Assembly: GCA_964432915.1 (NCBI GenBank)
Contig: CAYSPL010000014.1
Location: 1,676-65,675, forward strand
From: an uncultured Maribacter sp.
GTDB taxonomy: Bacteria > Bacteroidota > Bacteroidia > Flavobacteriales > Flavobacteriaceae
Length of the DNA stretch: 64,000 nucleotides
Direction: 5' to 3'
Shown here: piece after piece, positions 39,284 to 47,805 of the stretch
Position numbering within the stretch: the stretch's first letter is position 1
Layout: every line of letters starts with the position of its first letter
Made by a program: the position numbers and the translations under genes
Notes under the pieces: generated by a model
The model's database searches: none
Told to the model about the DNA's origin: nothing
Seen by the model: only the letters and a program-made list of their open reading frames with translations

Positions 39284-40863
39284 CAACTTCTTTTGTTCAC
39301 CAATTCAATAACACTTTCCACGGTTGGAATTTTAGCTACTTGAACGGTATCAAAATGTTTTTTAGCTTCAGCCGCGGTGGTTTCTCCGATGCAATAAGCG
39401 GTTTTTATGCCAGCATCGTTTTCTGACATGAAGCTCTGAACACCAGAGGGGCTAAAAAAGAGCACCCGTTTTACGCTGTCAGGCACTTTGACCGGCACGT
39501 GTTTGGTCTCATAGGCTATAACCTCCTTAACAGTGATATTGTTCTTAGTCAAAATTGAAGGTAATTCGTCAAGACGAATATTACTACAAAAGTAAGTTAC
39601 TTCGGTGCCTTCAATATAATCAACTAAATATGTTGCCAAGTTTTTAGCGCTTGAAGCAACATAGGTAACTTTACCAATTTTTCGCTCAATTAATTTTTTT
39701 GTTCTACGCCCTACACAATAAATATTTTTGAATTTTAAACGTGATAAATCAGTACTTGCTGAAAGGGCTTCAACAGCATTTTTACTAGTAATAATTACGT
39801 TTTGAATTTCTTGCTTTAATTCAATTGTTGGAATGCGGTTAAGTGAAATTTGAATAAAATCACTGGAGTCAACTTTCATTCTCTTGTCAAATAACTGCAA
39901 TTGTTCTGCGGTCATTTTTTTAGTTGCAAATACGGTCGCTTTTTGTTCAATTTCCTGTAACTCCTTCATCATTCGCTTTCCACCACGACTTAAAATACTA
40001 TTGACGCAATCACGTGCCAGATTTTGATGTTTGCCCAAGGGTGCATCGAATTCAGCTTCCAATTTTTTACTTCCATCAACGGTCAGCAAAGCACCTTTCA
40101 GGGTCACTTGCTCTTCATTATTGATGGTGGCCAAAGCACCAATAGGGGCGGTGCAGCCTCCCTCAAGCAGTCGCAAAAACTCCCGTTCCAAAGAGGTGCA
40201 GATTTCTGTTGGCGTGTGATTGAGTTGTTGGCATGCTTCAATGGCCTCTTCGTCATTTTCGTTGGCCACAACCACTATGGTACCTTGAGCCGGCGCAGGC
40301 AACATCCAAGTCAGCCCAATAGTGTCTTTTGGGTTCAAATTAATACGATTTAAACCCGCCGCCGCAAAGATGGCCCCGTTCCAATGGTCATTGGTTTTAA
40401 GTTTTTCAAGTCGCGTGTTGACATTGCCACGAAGGTTTACAATGGTATGCGTCGGGTAGCGGCTTAACCATTGGGCCTTTCTTCGAAGACTTCCGGTTGC
40501 TATGATGGCATCTCTTTGACTTAGAAATTCTTGATTCCTCTTGTAGGCAAGTATATCCAAATAGTTTCCTCTTTCTAAAACCGCTGCCTGAACAATGCCT
40601 TTTGGTAAAGCAGTGGGGACGTCTTTGAGGGAGTGAACGGCAATATCCACCTCACCTTTCAACATGGCCACATCTAAGGTTTTGGTAAAAATTCCTGTAA
40701 TACCGAGTTCGTACAAGGGTTTGTCAAGAATGATATCGCCAGTTGATTTTACCTTAACCAATTCCGCTTGATGCCCCAAAGCCTCGAGTTGGTCTTTAAC
40801 TGTATTTGCTTGCCAAAGGGCCAATTCGCTTTCACGTGTGCCGATACGGATGATCCTTTTCAT
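39283..40863 (-). CDS. hemC: Hydroxymethylbilane synthase fused to a C-terminal uroporphyrinogen-III synthase (HemD) domain
   Basis: 526 aa; GTRESELALWQA, FTKTLD, VHSLKD, LEGGCTAPIG then IITSKNAV, YCVG, FFSPSGV, CIGETTA. Confidence 0.93.
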   Translation of the reverse strand: MKRIIRIGTRESELALWQANTVKDQLEALGHQAELVKVKSTGDIILDKPLYELGITGIFTKTLDVAMLKGEVDIAVHSLKDVPTALPKGIVQAAVLERGNYLDILAYKRNQEFLSQRDAIIATGSLRRKAQWLSRYPTHTIVNLRGNVNTRLEKLKTNDHWNGAIFAAAGLNRINLNPKDTIGLTWMLPAPAQGTIVVVANENDEEAIEACQQLNHTPTEICTSLEREFLRLLEGGCTAPIGALATINNEEQVTLKGALLTVDGSKKLEAEFDAPLGKHQNLARDCVNSILSRGGKRMMKELQEIEQKATVFATKKMTAEQLQLFDKRMKVDSSDFIQISLNRIPTIELKQEIQNVIITSKNAVEALSASTDLSRLKFKNIYCVGRRTKKLIERKIGKVTYVASSAKNLATYLVDYIEGTEVTYFCSNIRLDELPSILTKNNITVKEVIAYETKHVPVKVPDSVKRVLFFSPSGVQSFMSENDAGIKTAYCIGETTAAEAKKHFDTVQVAKIPTVESVIELVNKRS

Positions 40864-42119
40864 TGGTCTGAATCAATTTCAAGTTGAAATACTTTTTGTA
40901 TCAATTGAAGACTCGCGTTGGCGTCAATGGAATCATCTTTCAAGTGGTTTGCAAACTGCGTAGTAATTTTTTGGATTATTCTGTTTGAAATAATATCCGC
41001 CTGTTCTTCGTTGAAATCAGCTTGTTTTTTTGACTGATAATCCATCTCTTCCTCCTTCATCGTCTTCAGCTTTTTGTTCAAAGCTTTAATAACCGGTGCA
41101 AATTTGCGGGTCTCCAGCCATTTTATGAATTCATCTTTGATTTCTTCATTTATGGACACTGCTTGCGGAATAAATTGTTTTCTGCGTTCCAATGTCTCAT
41201 CGGTCATTTGGGAAAGTTGATCCAAATGAACAGTGGAAACAGCATCTAACTCATGCACATTATCAGCCACGTTTTTCGGAATGGAAAGATCCAAGATCAA
41301 AAGCGGCTTTTTGGTGTGGATCATTTCTTTGGAAATAGTCGGTTTCTGTGCTCCTGTGGCAACAATCAAAACATCAGCGGTACGAATTTCCGTTTGCAAA
41401 TCGCCATAGTCTTTGACCACCAAATTGAACTTGCCGGCAATTTCTTCTGCCCGCGTTTTGGTGCGATTGATTAAAGTGATGTGTGGGTTTTTGGTATGCT
41501 TAATGAGGTTTTCGCAGGTATTCCTCCCGATTTTACCAGTGCCAAAGAGAACTATCTTTTTTTGGCCAATATCCTGAACATTTTTAAGAATGTACTGCAC
41601 AGAGGCAAAAGCGACCGAAGTCGCCCCTGAAGAAATTTCCGTTTCGTTTTTGATTCGCTTACTAGCCTGAATGACTGAGTTGCAAAGGCGTTCAATAAAC
41701 GGATTCGCCAAACCAACTTTTTTTGAGCGATAAAAACTTTGCTTTAACTGACTTATGATTTCGAAATCACCCAGAATTTGGCTATCAAGTCCTGTGCCCA
41801 CCTTAAAAAGATGTCCTATGGCATCATTGTTCTTGTACACATAGGCCACTTGTTGAAATTCTTCTACCGTGCCGATGGTATTGTCACAAAGTAATTTGAT
41901 GAGTTGAAAAGGATGTTGGGCAAAACCATGCAATTCAGTTCTATTGCACGTTGATGTTGCCAAAAGACCATCCATACCAGCTTTTATGGCTTGAAGCAAC
42001 AAGGCATTCATCGCTTCAGAATTCAAATTGAATTTGCCTCGCAATTCTGCATCAGCCTTTTTGTAGTTCAGGCCAATGGTGTAGAAAGAATTGAATTTAG
42101 AAATGTGGTACTCTTGCAT
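40860..42119 (-). CDS. hemA: Glutamyl-tRNA reductase
   Basis: 419 aa; STCNRTE, GLDSQILGDFEI, FGTGKIG, LDLSIPKNV. Confidence 0.96.
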   Translation of the reverse strand: MQEYHISKFNSFYTIGLNYKKADAELRGKFNLNSEAMNALLLQAIKAGMDGLLATSTCNRTELHGFAQHPFQLIKLLCDNTIGTVEEFQQVAYVYKNNDAIGHLFKVGTGLDSQILGDFEIISQLKQSFYRSKKVGLANPFIERLCNSVIQASKRIKNETEISSGATSVAFASVQYILKNVQDIGQKKIVLFGTGKIGRNTCENLIKHTKNPHITLINRTKTRAEEIAGKFNLVVKDYGDLQTEIRTADVLIVATGAQKPTISKEMIHTKKPLLILDLSIPKNVADNVHELDAVSTVHLDQLSQMTDETLERRKQFIPQAVSINEEIKDEFIKWLETRKFAPVIKALNKKLKTMKEEEMDYQSKKQADFNEEQADIISNRIIQKITTQFANHLKDDSIDANASLQLIQKVFQLEIDSDQ

Positions 42120-42273
42120 GCAAAATTAAAACAAAGGCAAAAGTAAGTCCGAGACACCTTTAAAAATAACGCTAGCGGTGCAATTTATAACGATTTGGGT
42201 ATTTTTAGACGTAATTCGATATTTATAGGGTAAATAACTCTAAATTAGTAGTAAATACTTGGGTTGCCATTAA

Positions 42274-42300
42274 TTTTATTTAGAAACATTCTAAATAAAA
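42274..42300. promoter_or_regulatory. Perfect 12-3-12 inverted repeat, candidate Fur-type operator between hemA and the AraC gene
   Basis: TTTTATTTAGAA-ACA-TTCTAAATAAAA. Confidence 0.75.
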
Positions 42301-42320
42301 TAATATAAATTTCAGTTGGG

Positions 42321-43208
42321 ATGAAGTCAAAAAATATCGCCAAAGGTTCTTTCAATGAGATTTTGATTGAAGATGGTTTTTTTGTGTTCAAAATTCAGAA
42401 TGATATCGCTCGGATACAGAAGGTTACACGTGAGATTGATAGCTCTTTTATTCAATTTCATTTTTGCTTGAAGGGTCATTGCAAATTCATTTTCAATGAT
42501 GGGCGTTATGCTTTGGAGGTGGATGAGGAGAATTCCCTTTTATTGTACAATACCCAATTGGATTTGCCCCTGAATGTGGAATTGAACCCCAATTCTTGGT
42601 TGGTCAGTGTCGTTATGACGATTAGAAAGTTCCATTCGTTGTTTTCCCGAGAGGCGAATTACATTCCCTTTTTAAGTGAGGAGAATAAAGACAAAAAATA
42701 CTATACCCAAGAAGGATTTAATCCGGCAGTGGCAGTCATTTTGAGTCAAATGATCAATTACAACCTGCATCCATCCATAAAGAAATTGTATATCAAAGGA
42801 AAGGTGTACGAACTTATTTCTTTGTATTTCAATAAAGGCACTGAGGCTGATATTGAACAATGTCCGTTTTTGGTTGATGAAGAAAATGTTCGCCGTATTC
42901 GTCAAGCCAAAGAAATAATGATAGCCAGAATGTCTGAGCCACCAACCCTTAAAGAACTTTCTGATGAAATAGGTCTGTCTTTAAAAAAACTGAAGGAAGG
43001 GTTTAAACAGATTTATGGCGATTCAGTGTTTAGTTTTCTGTTTGATTATAAAATGGAGTTTGCCCGAAAAATGCTGGAAACCGGTAAGTACAACGTCAAT
43101 GAGGTTGGTTTAAAAGTAGGGTATAGCACTGCAAGCCATTTTATTACGGCCTTTAAAAAGAAATACGGCACCACTCCGAAAAAATATCTGATGAGTAATG
43201 CCGGTTAA
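42321..43208 (+). CDS. AraC family transcriptional regulator (PchR/YbtA-like)
   Basis: 295 aa; C-terminal PPTLKELS...LKEGFKQIYG, VGYSTASHFITAFKKKYGTTP. Confidence 0.93.
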   Translation: MKSKNIAKGSFNEILIEDGFFVFKIQNDIARIQKVTREIDSSFIQFHFCLKGHCKFIFNDGRYALEVDEENSLLLYNTQLDLPLNVELNPNSWLVSVVMTIRKFHSLFSREANYIPFLSEENKDKKYYTQEGFNPAVAVILSQMINYNLHPSIKKLYIKGKVYELISLYFNKGTEADIEQCPFLVDEENVRRIRQAKEIMIARMSEPPTLKELSDEIGLSLKKLKEGFKQIYGDSVFSFLFDYKMEFARKMLETGKYNVNEVGLKVGYSTASHFITAFKKKYGTTPKKYLMSNAG

Positions 43209-43231
43209 CATATTGTATTTATACGAAAAGG

Positions 43232-43606
43232 ATGAATCTAAATCAAGTAACCTTACCCTCTTTGAATGTCGAAAAAGCTATTGCTTTTTATAAAAAGTTG
43301 GGATTTCATTTAATCGTTGAATCCTTACCCAATTACGCACGATTTGAATGCCCAGAGGGAGATGCAACTTTCTCAATTCATCAAGTGGATCAACTACCCA
43401 TCGGAGCGGGCATTTCTGTTTATTTTGAATGCGTTGATTTAGATGTTCGGGTAAAAAAGTTAGTTGAAAAAGGGGTGGTATTTGAAGAAATGCCGAATGA
43501 CAAAAGATGGCTTTGGCGAGAGGCCCGTTTGCGTGATTTGGACAACAATCACATTATTCTCTTTTTTGGTGGCAAAAACAGGAAAAATCCACCTTGGCGA
43601 ATTTAG
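43232..43606 (+). CDS. VOC/glyoxalase family protein
   Basis: 124 aa; LNQVTLP...FYKKLG, WLWREARLRDLDNN. Confidence 0.88.
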   Translation: MNLNQVTLPSLNVEKAIAFYKKLGFHLIVESLPNYARFECPEGDATFSIHQVDQLPIGAGISVYFECVDLDVRVKKLVEKGVVFEEMPNDKRWLWREARLRDLDNNHIILFFGGKNRKNPPWRI

Positions 43607-43608
43607 GT

Positions 43609-44451
43609 TTACAGAGGCCGTGCCACCATAATACCTGTATTCTTTTTGATTTTCTTGATGTAATCCACCAAAGGTAATTCGGTAACCTCCACTTCGTTTG
43701 AAATTGTTGAGGCATGCAGTAAATGAATACGACCATCTTTTTCTCGGGTGGCGATGCCGGTATGGGTAATATCCAATCCTTTGATTGACGTAGTTAGGGC
43801 GATGATGTCTCCTGTTTCAATCAGGTGTTCATTTTTTGCAATCTGATCTTGGGGTAAAATGCAGATGACTTCATTGTTCAGATAATGTTCAGAAGATTTT
43901 ATCTTTTCAAAATTTTCATCATCGCTCAAAAAGGGATACAAATCGCGATGCGTGCTCATGAAATTGATTTCCTTTTTCACTTCGCTTCCGCCAATGGTGG
44001 AGGTCATGTCTTTGAGTATTCCTTTTGACTCATTGTTGGCAATCCATTCGGAAAAATAATGGAGACGAGAAGCGTATCCATCTAGCTTCCCGTCTTTATA
44101 CCGAATGGTTTTTAATATATGGGTAAAGCTATCCAAATCATCCTTACCATCCCTTAAAAGGGTGCTGAACGCCAGAACATTTTCTACGAAGGTCGTACAA
44201 TCGAGACCTTGTAGATTGATGACCAAAGATTCGGTGGCACCTATTTCCAAAGTTTTTGCTACATAGGGTACGCCCTTGAAAGTCTTGCCAATGGCAACCA
44301 GTGTTTTACCAAAGTCATTTTCAAGCAAGCCGTCAATAGCTATTGTTTTGTCTTCAAATGCCTGCTTATCTTTAGGGGAACAGGTAATACTTTGAGCTAA
44401 AGTCAAATTAATAGTGCCAATTAAAAGTATAATGAAAGCAATTGATTTCAT
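43609..44451 (-). CDS. DUF1460 / AmiA-like NlpC/P60-fold amidase
   Basis: GVPYVAKTLE, LDCTTFVE, RLHYFSEW, ITHTGI, LLHAS; signal peptide from ATG 44451. Confidence 0.85.
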   Translation of the reverse strand: MKSIAFIILLIGTINLTLAQSITCSPKDKQAFEDKTIAIDGLLENDFGKTLVAIGKTFKGVPYVAKTLEIGATESLVINLQGLDCTTFVENVLAFSTLLRDGKDDLDSFTHILKTIRYKDGKLDGYASRLHYFSEWIANNESKGILKDMTSTIGGSEVKKEINFMSTHRDLYPFLSDDENFEKIKSSEHYLNNEVICILPQDQIAKNEHLIETGDIIALTTSIKGLDITHTGIATREKDGRIHLLHASTISNEVEVTELPLVDYIKKIKKNTGIMVARPL

Positions 44452-44593
44452 AGGCGCCTTTATTATCTCGAAATTAAGCAATTATTGTACCATGCAATCA
44501 AAACTATTTATATCACCATAAAAAAGTATTGAATATGAATCAAGGTCAGCTGAGAAGCATGGTTTATTTTTGCACTTGAAAAATCGCAAATTT

Positions 44594-45625
44594 ATGAAGG
44601 GAGTTTTATTGGTGAATTTGGGGTCCCCCGATAGCCCAACTGCTAAAGACGTAAAGCCATATTTAGATGAGTTTTTGATGGATGAACGTGTTATTGACGT
44701 GAATACGGTGTTGCGAAATATTTTGGTCCGCGGCATCATTCTTCAAACCCGCCCTAGAAAATCAGCTGCTGCCTACGCAAAGATTTGGTGGGATGAAGGC
44801 TCGCCACTCGTTGTGATATCGGAACGTTTTGCTGCTAAAGTGCGACAAAAAACCGACATGCCCGTGGCATTGGGCATGCGTTATGGCAGTATGTCAATTG
44901 AAAAGGCCCTCCAAGAATTAAAGGGCAAAGGGGTTGATGAGGTGCTTTTGGTGCCTTTATATCCGCATTATGCCATGTCATCTTATGAAACTGTGGTGGT
45001 CAAGACCATGCAAGTGAAGGAAGCGTCATTTCCTGAAATGAAGATTACCACGATGCCAGCATTTTATAAGAGTCAGGAGTATATTAAAGTCTTGTCGGAT
45101 AGCATTGCAGAAGGACTCAAAGATTTTGACTACGACCATATTCTATTTTCATACCACGGTATACCCGAGCGCCATGTGCGGAAAAGTGACCCTACAAAAT
45201 TTCATTGTAAGATTAACGGAAGTTGTTGCAGTATCAATTCTGTGGCCCATAATACTTGCTACCGACATCAGGTGTATGAAACCACCGAGTTGGTCAAAAA
45301 TGAAATAGGACTCTCCGAAGATAAAATCAGCACTTCATTTCAATCACGTTTGGCGGGCGACCCATGGTTAAAACCCTATACCGATTATGAGTTTGAGCGT
45401 TTGGCGAAGGAGGGAAAAAAGAAATTGGCGGTAGTTACCGCAGCCTTTGTTTCAGATTGTTTGGAAACCCTTGAAGAAATCGCCATGGAGGGCAAAGAGC
45501 AATTTGAGGAAGCCGGCGGTGAATATTATAAACATATTCCCTGTTTGAATGATAGTGATGCTTGGGTAGGGCTTATGGCGAAATGGGTTAATGAGTGGCA
45601 AACCGATGGTACTTTACCAGTATAG
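44594..45625 (+). CDS. hemH: Ferrochelatase
   Basis: LLVNLGSP, PLYPHYAMSS, LFSYHGIP, FQSRL, FVSDCLETLEEI. Confidence 0.96.
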   Translation: MKGVLLVNLGSPDSPTAKDVKPYLDEFLMDERVIDVNTVLRNILVRGIILQTRPRKSAAAYAKIWWDEGSPLVVISERFAAKVRQKTDMPVALGMRYGSMSIEKALQELKGKGVDEVLLVPLYPHYAMSSYETVVVKTMQVKEASFPEMKITTMPAFYKSQEYIKVLSDSIAEGLKDFDYDHILFSYHGIPERHVRKSDPTKFHCKINGSCCSINSVAHNTCYRHQVYETTELVKNEIGLSEDKISTSFQSRLAGDPWLKPYTDYEFERLAKEGKKKLAVVTAAFVSDCLETLEEIAMEGKEQFEEAGGEYYKHIPCLNDSDAWVGLMAKWVNEWQTDGTLPV

Positions 45626-45631
45626 ATATTA

Positions 45632-46288
45632 ATGCTGAGAGCTGTATTGTTTGATATGGATGGCGTCATCATTGACTCTGAACCCCTACATCACAAAGCA
45701 TACTATGGTATGTTCAAAGAAGTGGGAATTGCCGTTTCAGATAAACTTTATGAAAGTTTTACTGGGCAGGCAACATTGCACGTATGTTCACAATTAGTTG
45801 ATGAGTTTAAATTGAAAGAAGCACCTCAAAAACTGGTTCAAATCAAACGCCGTATTTTCAAAGAGCTGTTTTTCAACGACCCAGATTTAAAATTGATTGA
45901 TAGCGTAGAAGATTTAATAAAAGACTACCATCAAAACGGACTCACATTAATACTAGCCAGTTCAGCATCAATGCCAACTATCAATAGTGTATTTAAGCGT
46001 TTTGAACTAGACCAATATTTTAAGGCCAAACTAAGTGGGGCCGATTTAAAAGCTTCAAAACCACACCCAGAAATATTTTTAAAAGGAGCGGAAGCCTCAG
46101 GGTTTAAACGTGAACAATGTATGGTCATTGAAGACTCCACCAATGGTATAAAAGCTGCACATGCGGCTGGTATTTATTGTGTTGCCTATAAAAGCACTCA
46201 TTCTAAGAATCAAGATTATAGCTTGGCGCATAAAGTTATTGAGACTTTTGAGGAGATTGATTATGAGGCTGTAATGAAGTTATTTTAA
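45632..46288 (+). CDS. HAD family phosphatase (Gph/beta-PGM-like)
   Basis: 218 aa; FDMDGV, SKPHPEIF, IEDSTNG. Confidence 0.92.
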   Translation: MLRAVLFDMDGVIIDSEPLHHKAYYGMFKEVGIAVSDKLYESFTGQATLHVCSQLVDEFKLKEAPQKLVQIKRRIFKELFFNDPDLKLIDSVEDLIKDYHQNGLTLILASSASMPTINSVFKRFELDQYFKAKLSGADLKASKPHPEIFLKGAEASGFKREQCMVIEDSTNGIKAAHAAGIYCVAYKSTHSKNQDYSLAHKVIETFEEIDYEAVMKLF

Positions 46289-46297
46289 GGCAATACT

Positions 46298-46352
46298 TTT
46301 TTCCTTTCTCGAAATCTACGGATTTTCCACAGCCGTAGCATCCAGGCCGCTT
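46298..46352 (+). repeat. 55-bp imperfect direct repeat, copy 1
   Basis: TTTTTCCTTTCTCGAAATCTACGGATTTTCCACAG...CCAGGCCGCTT; first 35 nt match 46637-46671 with one mismatch. Confidence 0.9.
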
Positions 46353-46376
46353 ACTTGACGGAAAGCTTCTTGCAGG

Positions 46377-46534
46377 TTATTCCTTCTCCGCCGAATAAGG
46401 AGAAAAAGCTCCGAGATTCAGCTTTTTGAAAAAAAGCGCGGAGTTTTGCGACTGGTTTTACGAAGTAAAAATTCCTCTGGAGAAGGCGTGCTTTTCTTTG
46501 GTTCGTATCATTTGCACGAGCAAAAGAAATGAAC
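46377..46534. other. Multi-hairpin structured element (MITE-like or ncRNA)
   Basis: Pairs 46382-89/46479-86, 46403-10/46420-27, 46456-61/46465-70, 46501-15/46520-34. Confidence 0.55.
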
Positions 46535-46636
46535 ATAGAACTACTTTTTCCAACGCCCCATCTCGCACTTCACTTTAAAAGAAATCCAATACTTTTTTCT
46601 ATTGATGAAAAAAGTATCCAAAAAAAACTAGGCTGA

Positions 46637-46691
46637 TTTTTCCTTTCTCGAAATCTACGGATTTCCCACAGATACAGTGCCCAGGCCGCTT
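46637..46691 (+). repeat. 55-bp imperfect direct repeat, copy 2
   Basis: See 46298-46352. Confidence 0.9.
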
Positions 46692-46801
46692 CCATTTCAC
46701 GGAATGCTCTTTGGACACCTTCCATCTCCTACAGTAAAAATTCCAGGATTTCCAACAAAACGAAAAATAGGCCGATTACTTTCTAAAAAATATAATTTTA
46801 A

Positions 46802-46859
46802 AAAGCTCCTCCCCTCAGATGAGGGGGGGTGGATGCGCTTTTCGCGCAGACGGAGGGGT
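46802..46859 (+). repeat. Diverged copy of the double-hairpin REP-like repeat
   Basis: AAAGCTCCTCCCCTC-AGAT-GAGGGGGGGTGG-ATGCGC-TTTTC-GCGCA-GACGGAGGGGT. Confidence 0.88.
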
Positions 46860-46905
46860 TTGACTTCTTATTCCCCATCTCGCGCTTCAATAAAGGCTCC
46901 TAATT

Positions 46906-47586
46906 CTAAATTTCGGTAGTATTCGAAAATATCTGTCCTTTTGTAAGCCAAGAAACTCCAAAAGCGGCAAGTGCAATAGATTCTAATATAAAAACGATAT
47001 TAAATTTCTCTAAAGCGGGAAATTTATTTTTTAAAACAAGAAAATACAAAGACAATAAAACAAGGCACGCCAACATCACATAACCACTAACACGATAACA
47101 TGAATTTCGAATTTTTTTATCTTTTGTAAAATTATCAGGGGTATATGCTGATTTCGTGAACTGAAAGATGGACATAAAAGCCAGCGCAAGAAAGAAAATA
47201 GCAGCACTTATAAAGTGCACATAGTTTATCAATTTATTTTCTAGAATTCTTGGTATTAGACAACTATTGATAGTGGTGTCTTCAATAGACGTTGGAAAAA
47301 AAGCAACAAGCAGCGCTGCGCAGGCCGCAATACGGGTTAAATAAAAATCGCCCTTATCATAGCCCGTATAACAAAACATAAAAAATGAAATCGCACAAAT
47401 AATGCCTACAAACCCATCTCTCATAATGGTATGATAGTAGGCGCTTATTGAGGGCTGAACTGATTCGCAACTACCCACCAAAATAGACCCGATGATTAAA
47501 AAGAAGGGCATACCAATGGCGATAAAACCTATTGATTTGCGTAGCGTCAAAAAAGAAATAAGCTGAGCATTACGAGTGGCATTCAT
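46906..47586 (-). CDS. DUF998-like membrane protein (hypothetical)
   Basis: 226 aa; LTLRKSIG, SISAYYHT, HFISAAIFF, FGVSWLTKG; about 6 TM. Confidence 0.65.
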   Translation of the reverse strand: MNATRNAQLISFLTLRKSIGFIAIGMPFFLIIGSILVGSCESVQPSISAYYHTIMRDGFVGIICAISFFMFCYTGYDKGDFYLTRIAACAALLVAFFPTSIEDTTINSCLIPRILENKLINYVHFISAAIFFLALAFMSIFQFTKSAYTPDNFTKDKKIRNSCYRVSGYVMLACLVLLSLYFLVLKNKFPALEKFNIVFILESIALAAFGVSWLTKGQIFSNTTEI

Positions 47587-47758
47587 ATGTTGTTATTTAT
47601 GTGAAGGGGGAAGTGACTTAAAAGTAGGGAAATTCAAACAGATAATTAAATCATAATTAACCGGGGGAGCCAAATTTTCAATAAGTAAGTGCCTACTTTT
47701 TTTATAAACCCCATTTCACTACATTTAGTCTGACTAATTAAACCACTCAAAAAATCTT

Positions 47759-47782
47759 TTCTCGACTCCGCTCGAAATGACA
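47759..47782. repeat. TCGA-type REP-like palindrome
   Basis: TTCTCGACTCCGCTCGAAATGACA enclosed by AAAAAATCT/AGATTTTTT arms. Confidence 0.6.
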
Positions 47783-47805
47783 GATTTTTTTAAAAAGAAC
47801 TCAAA

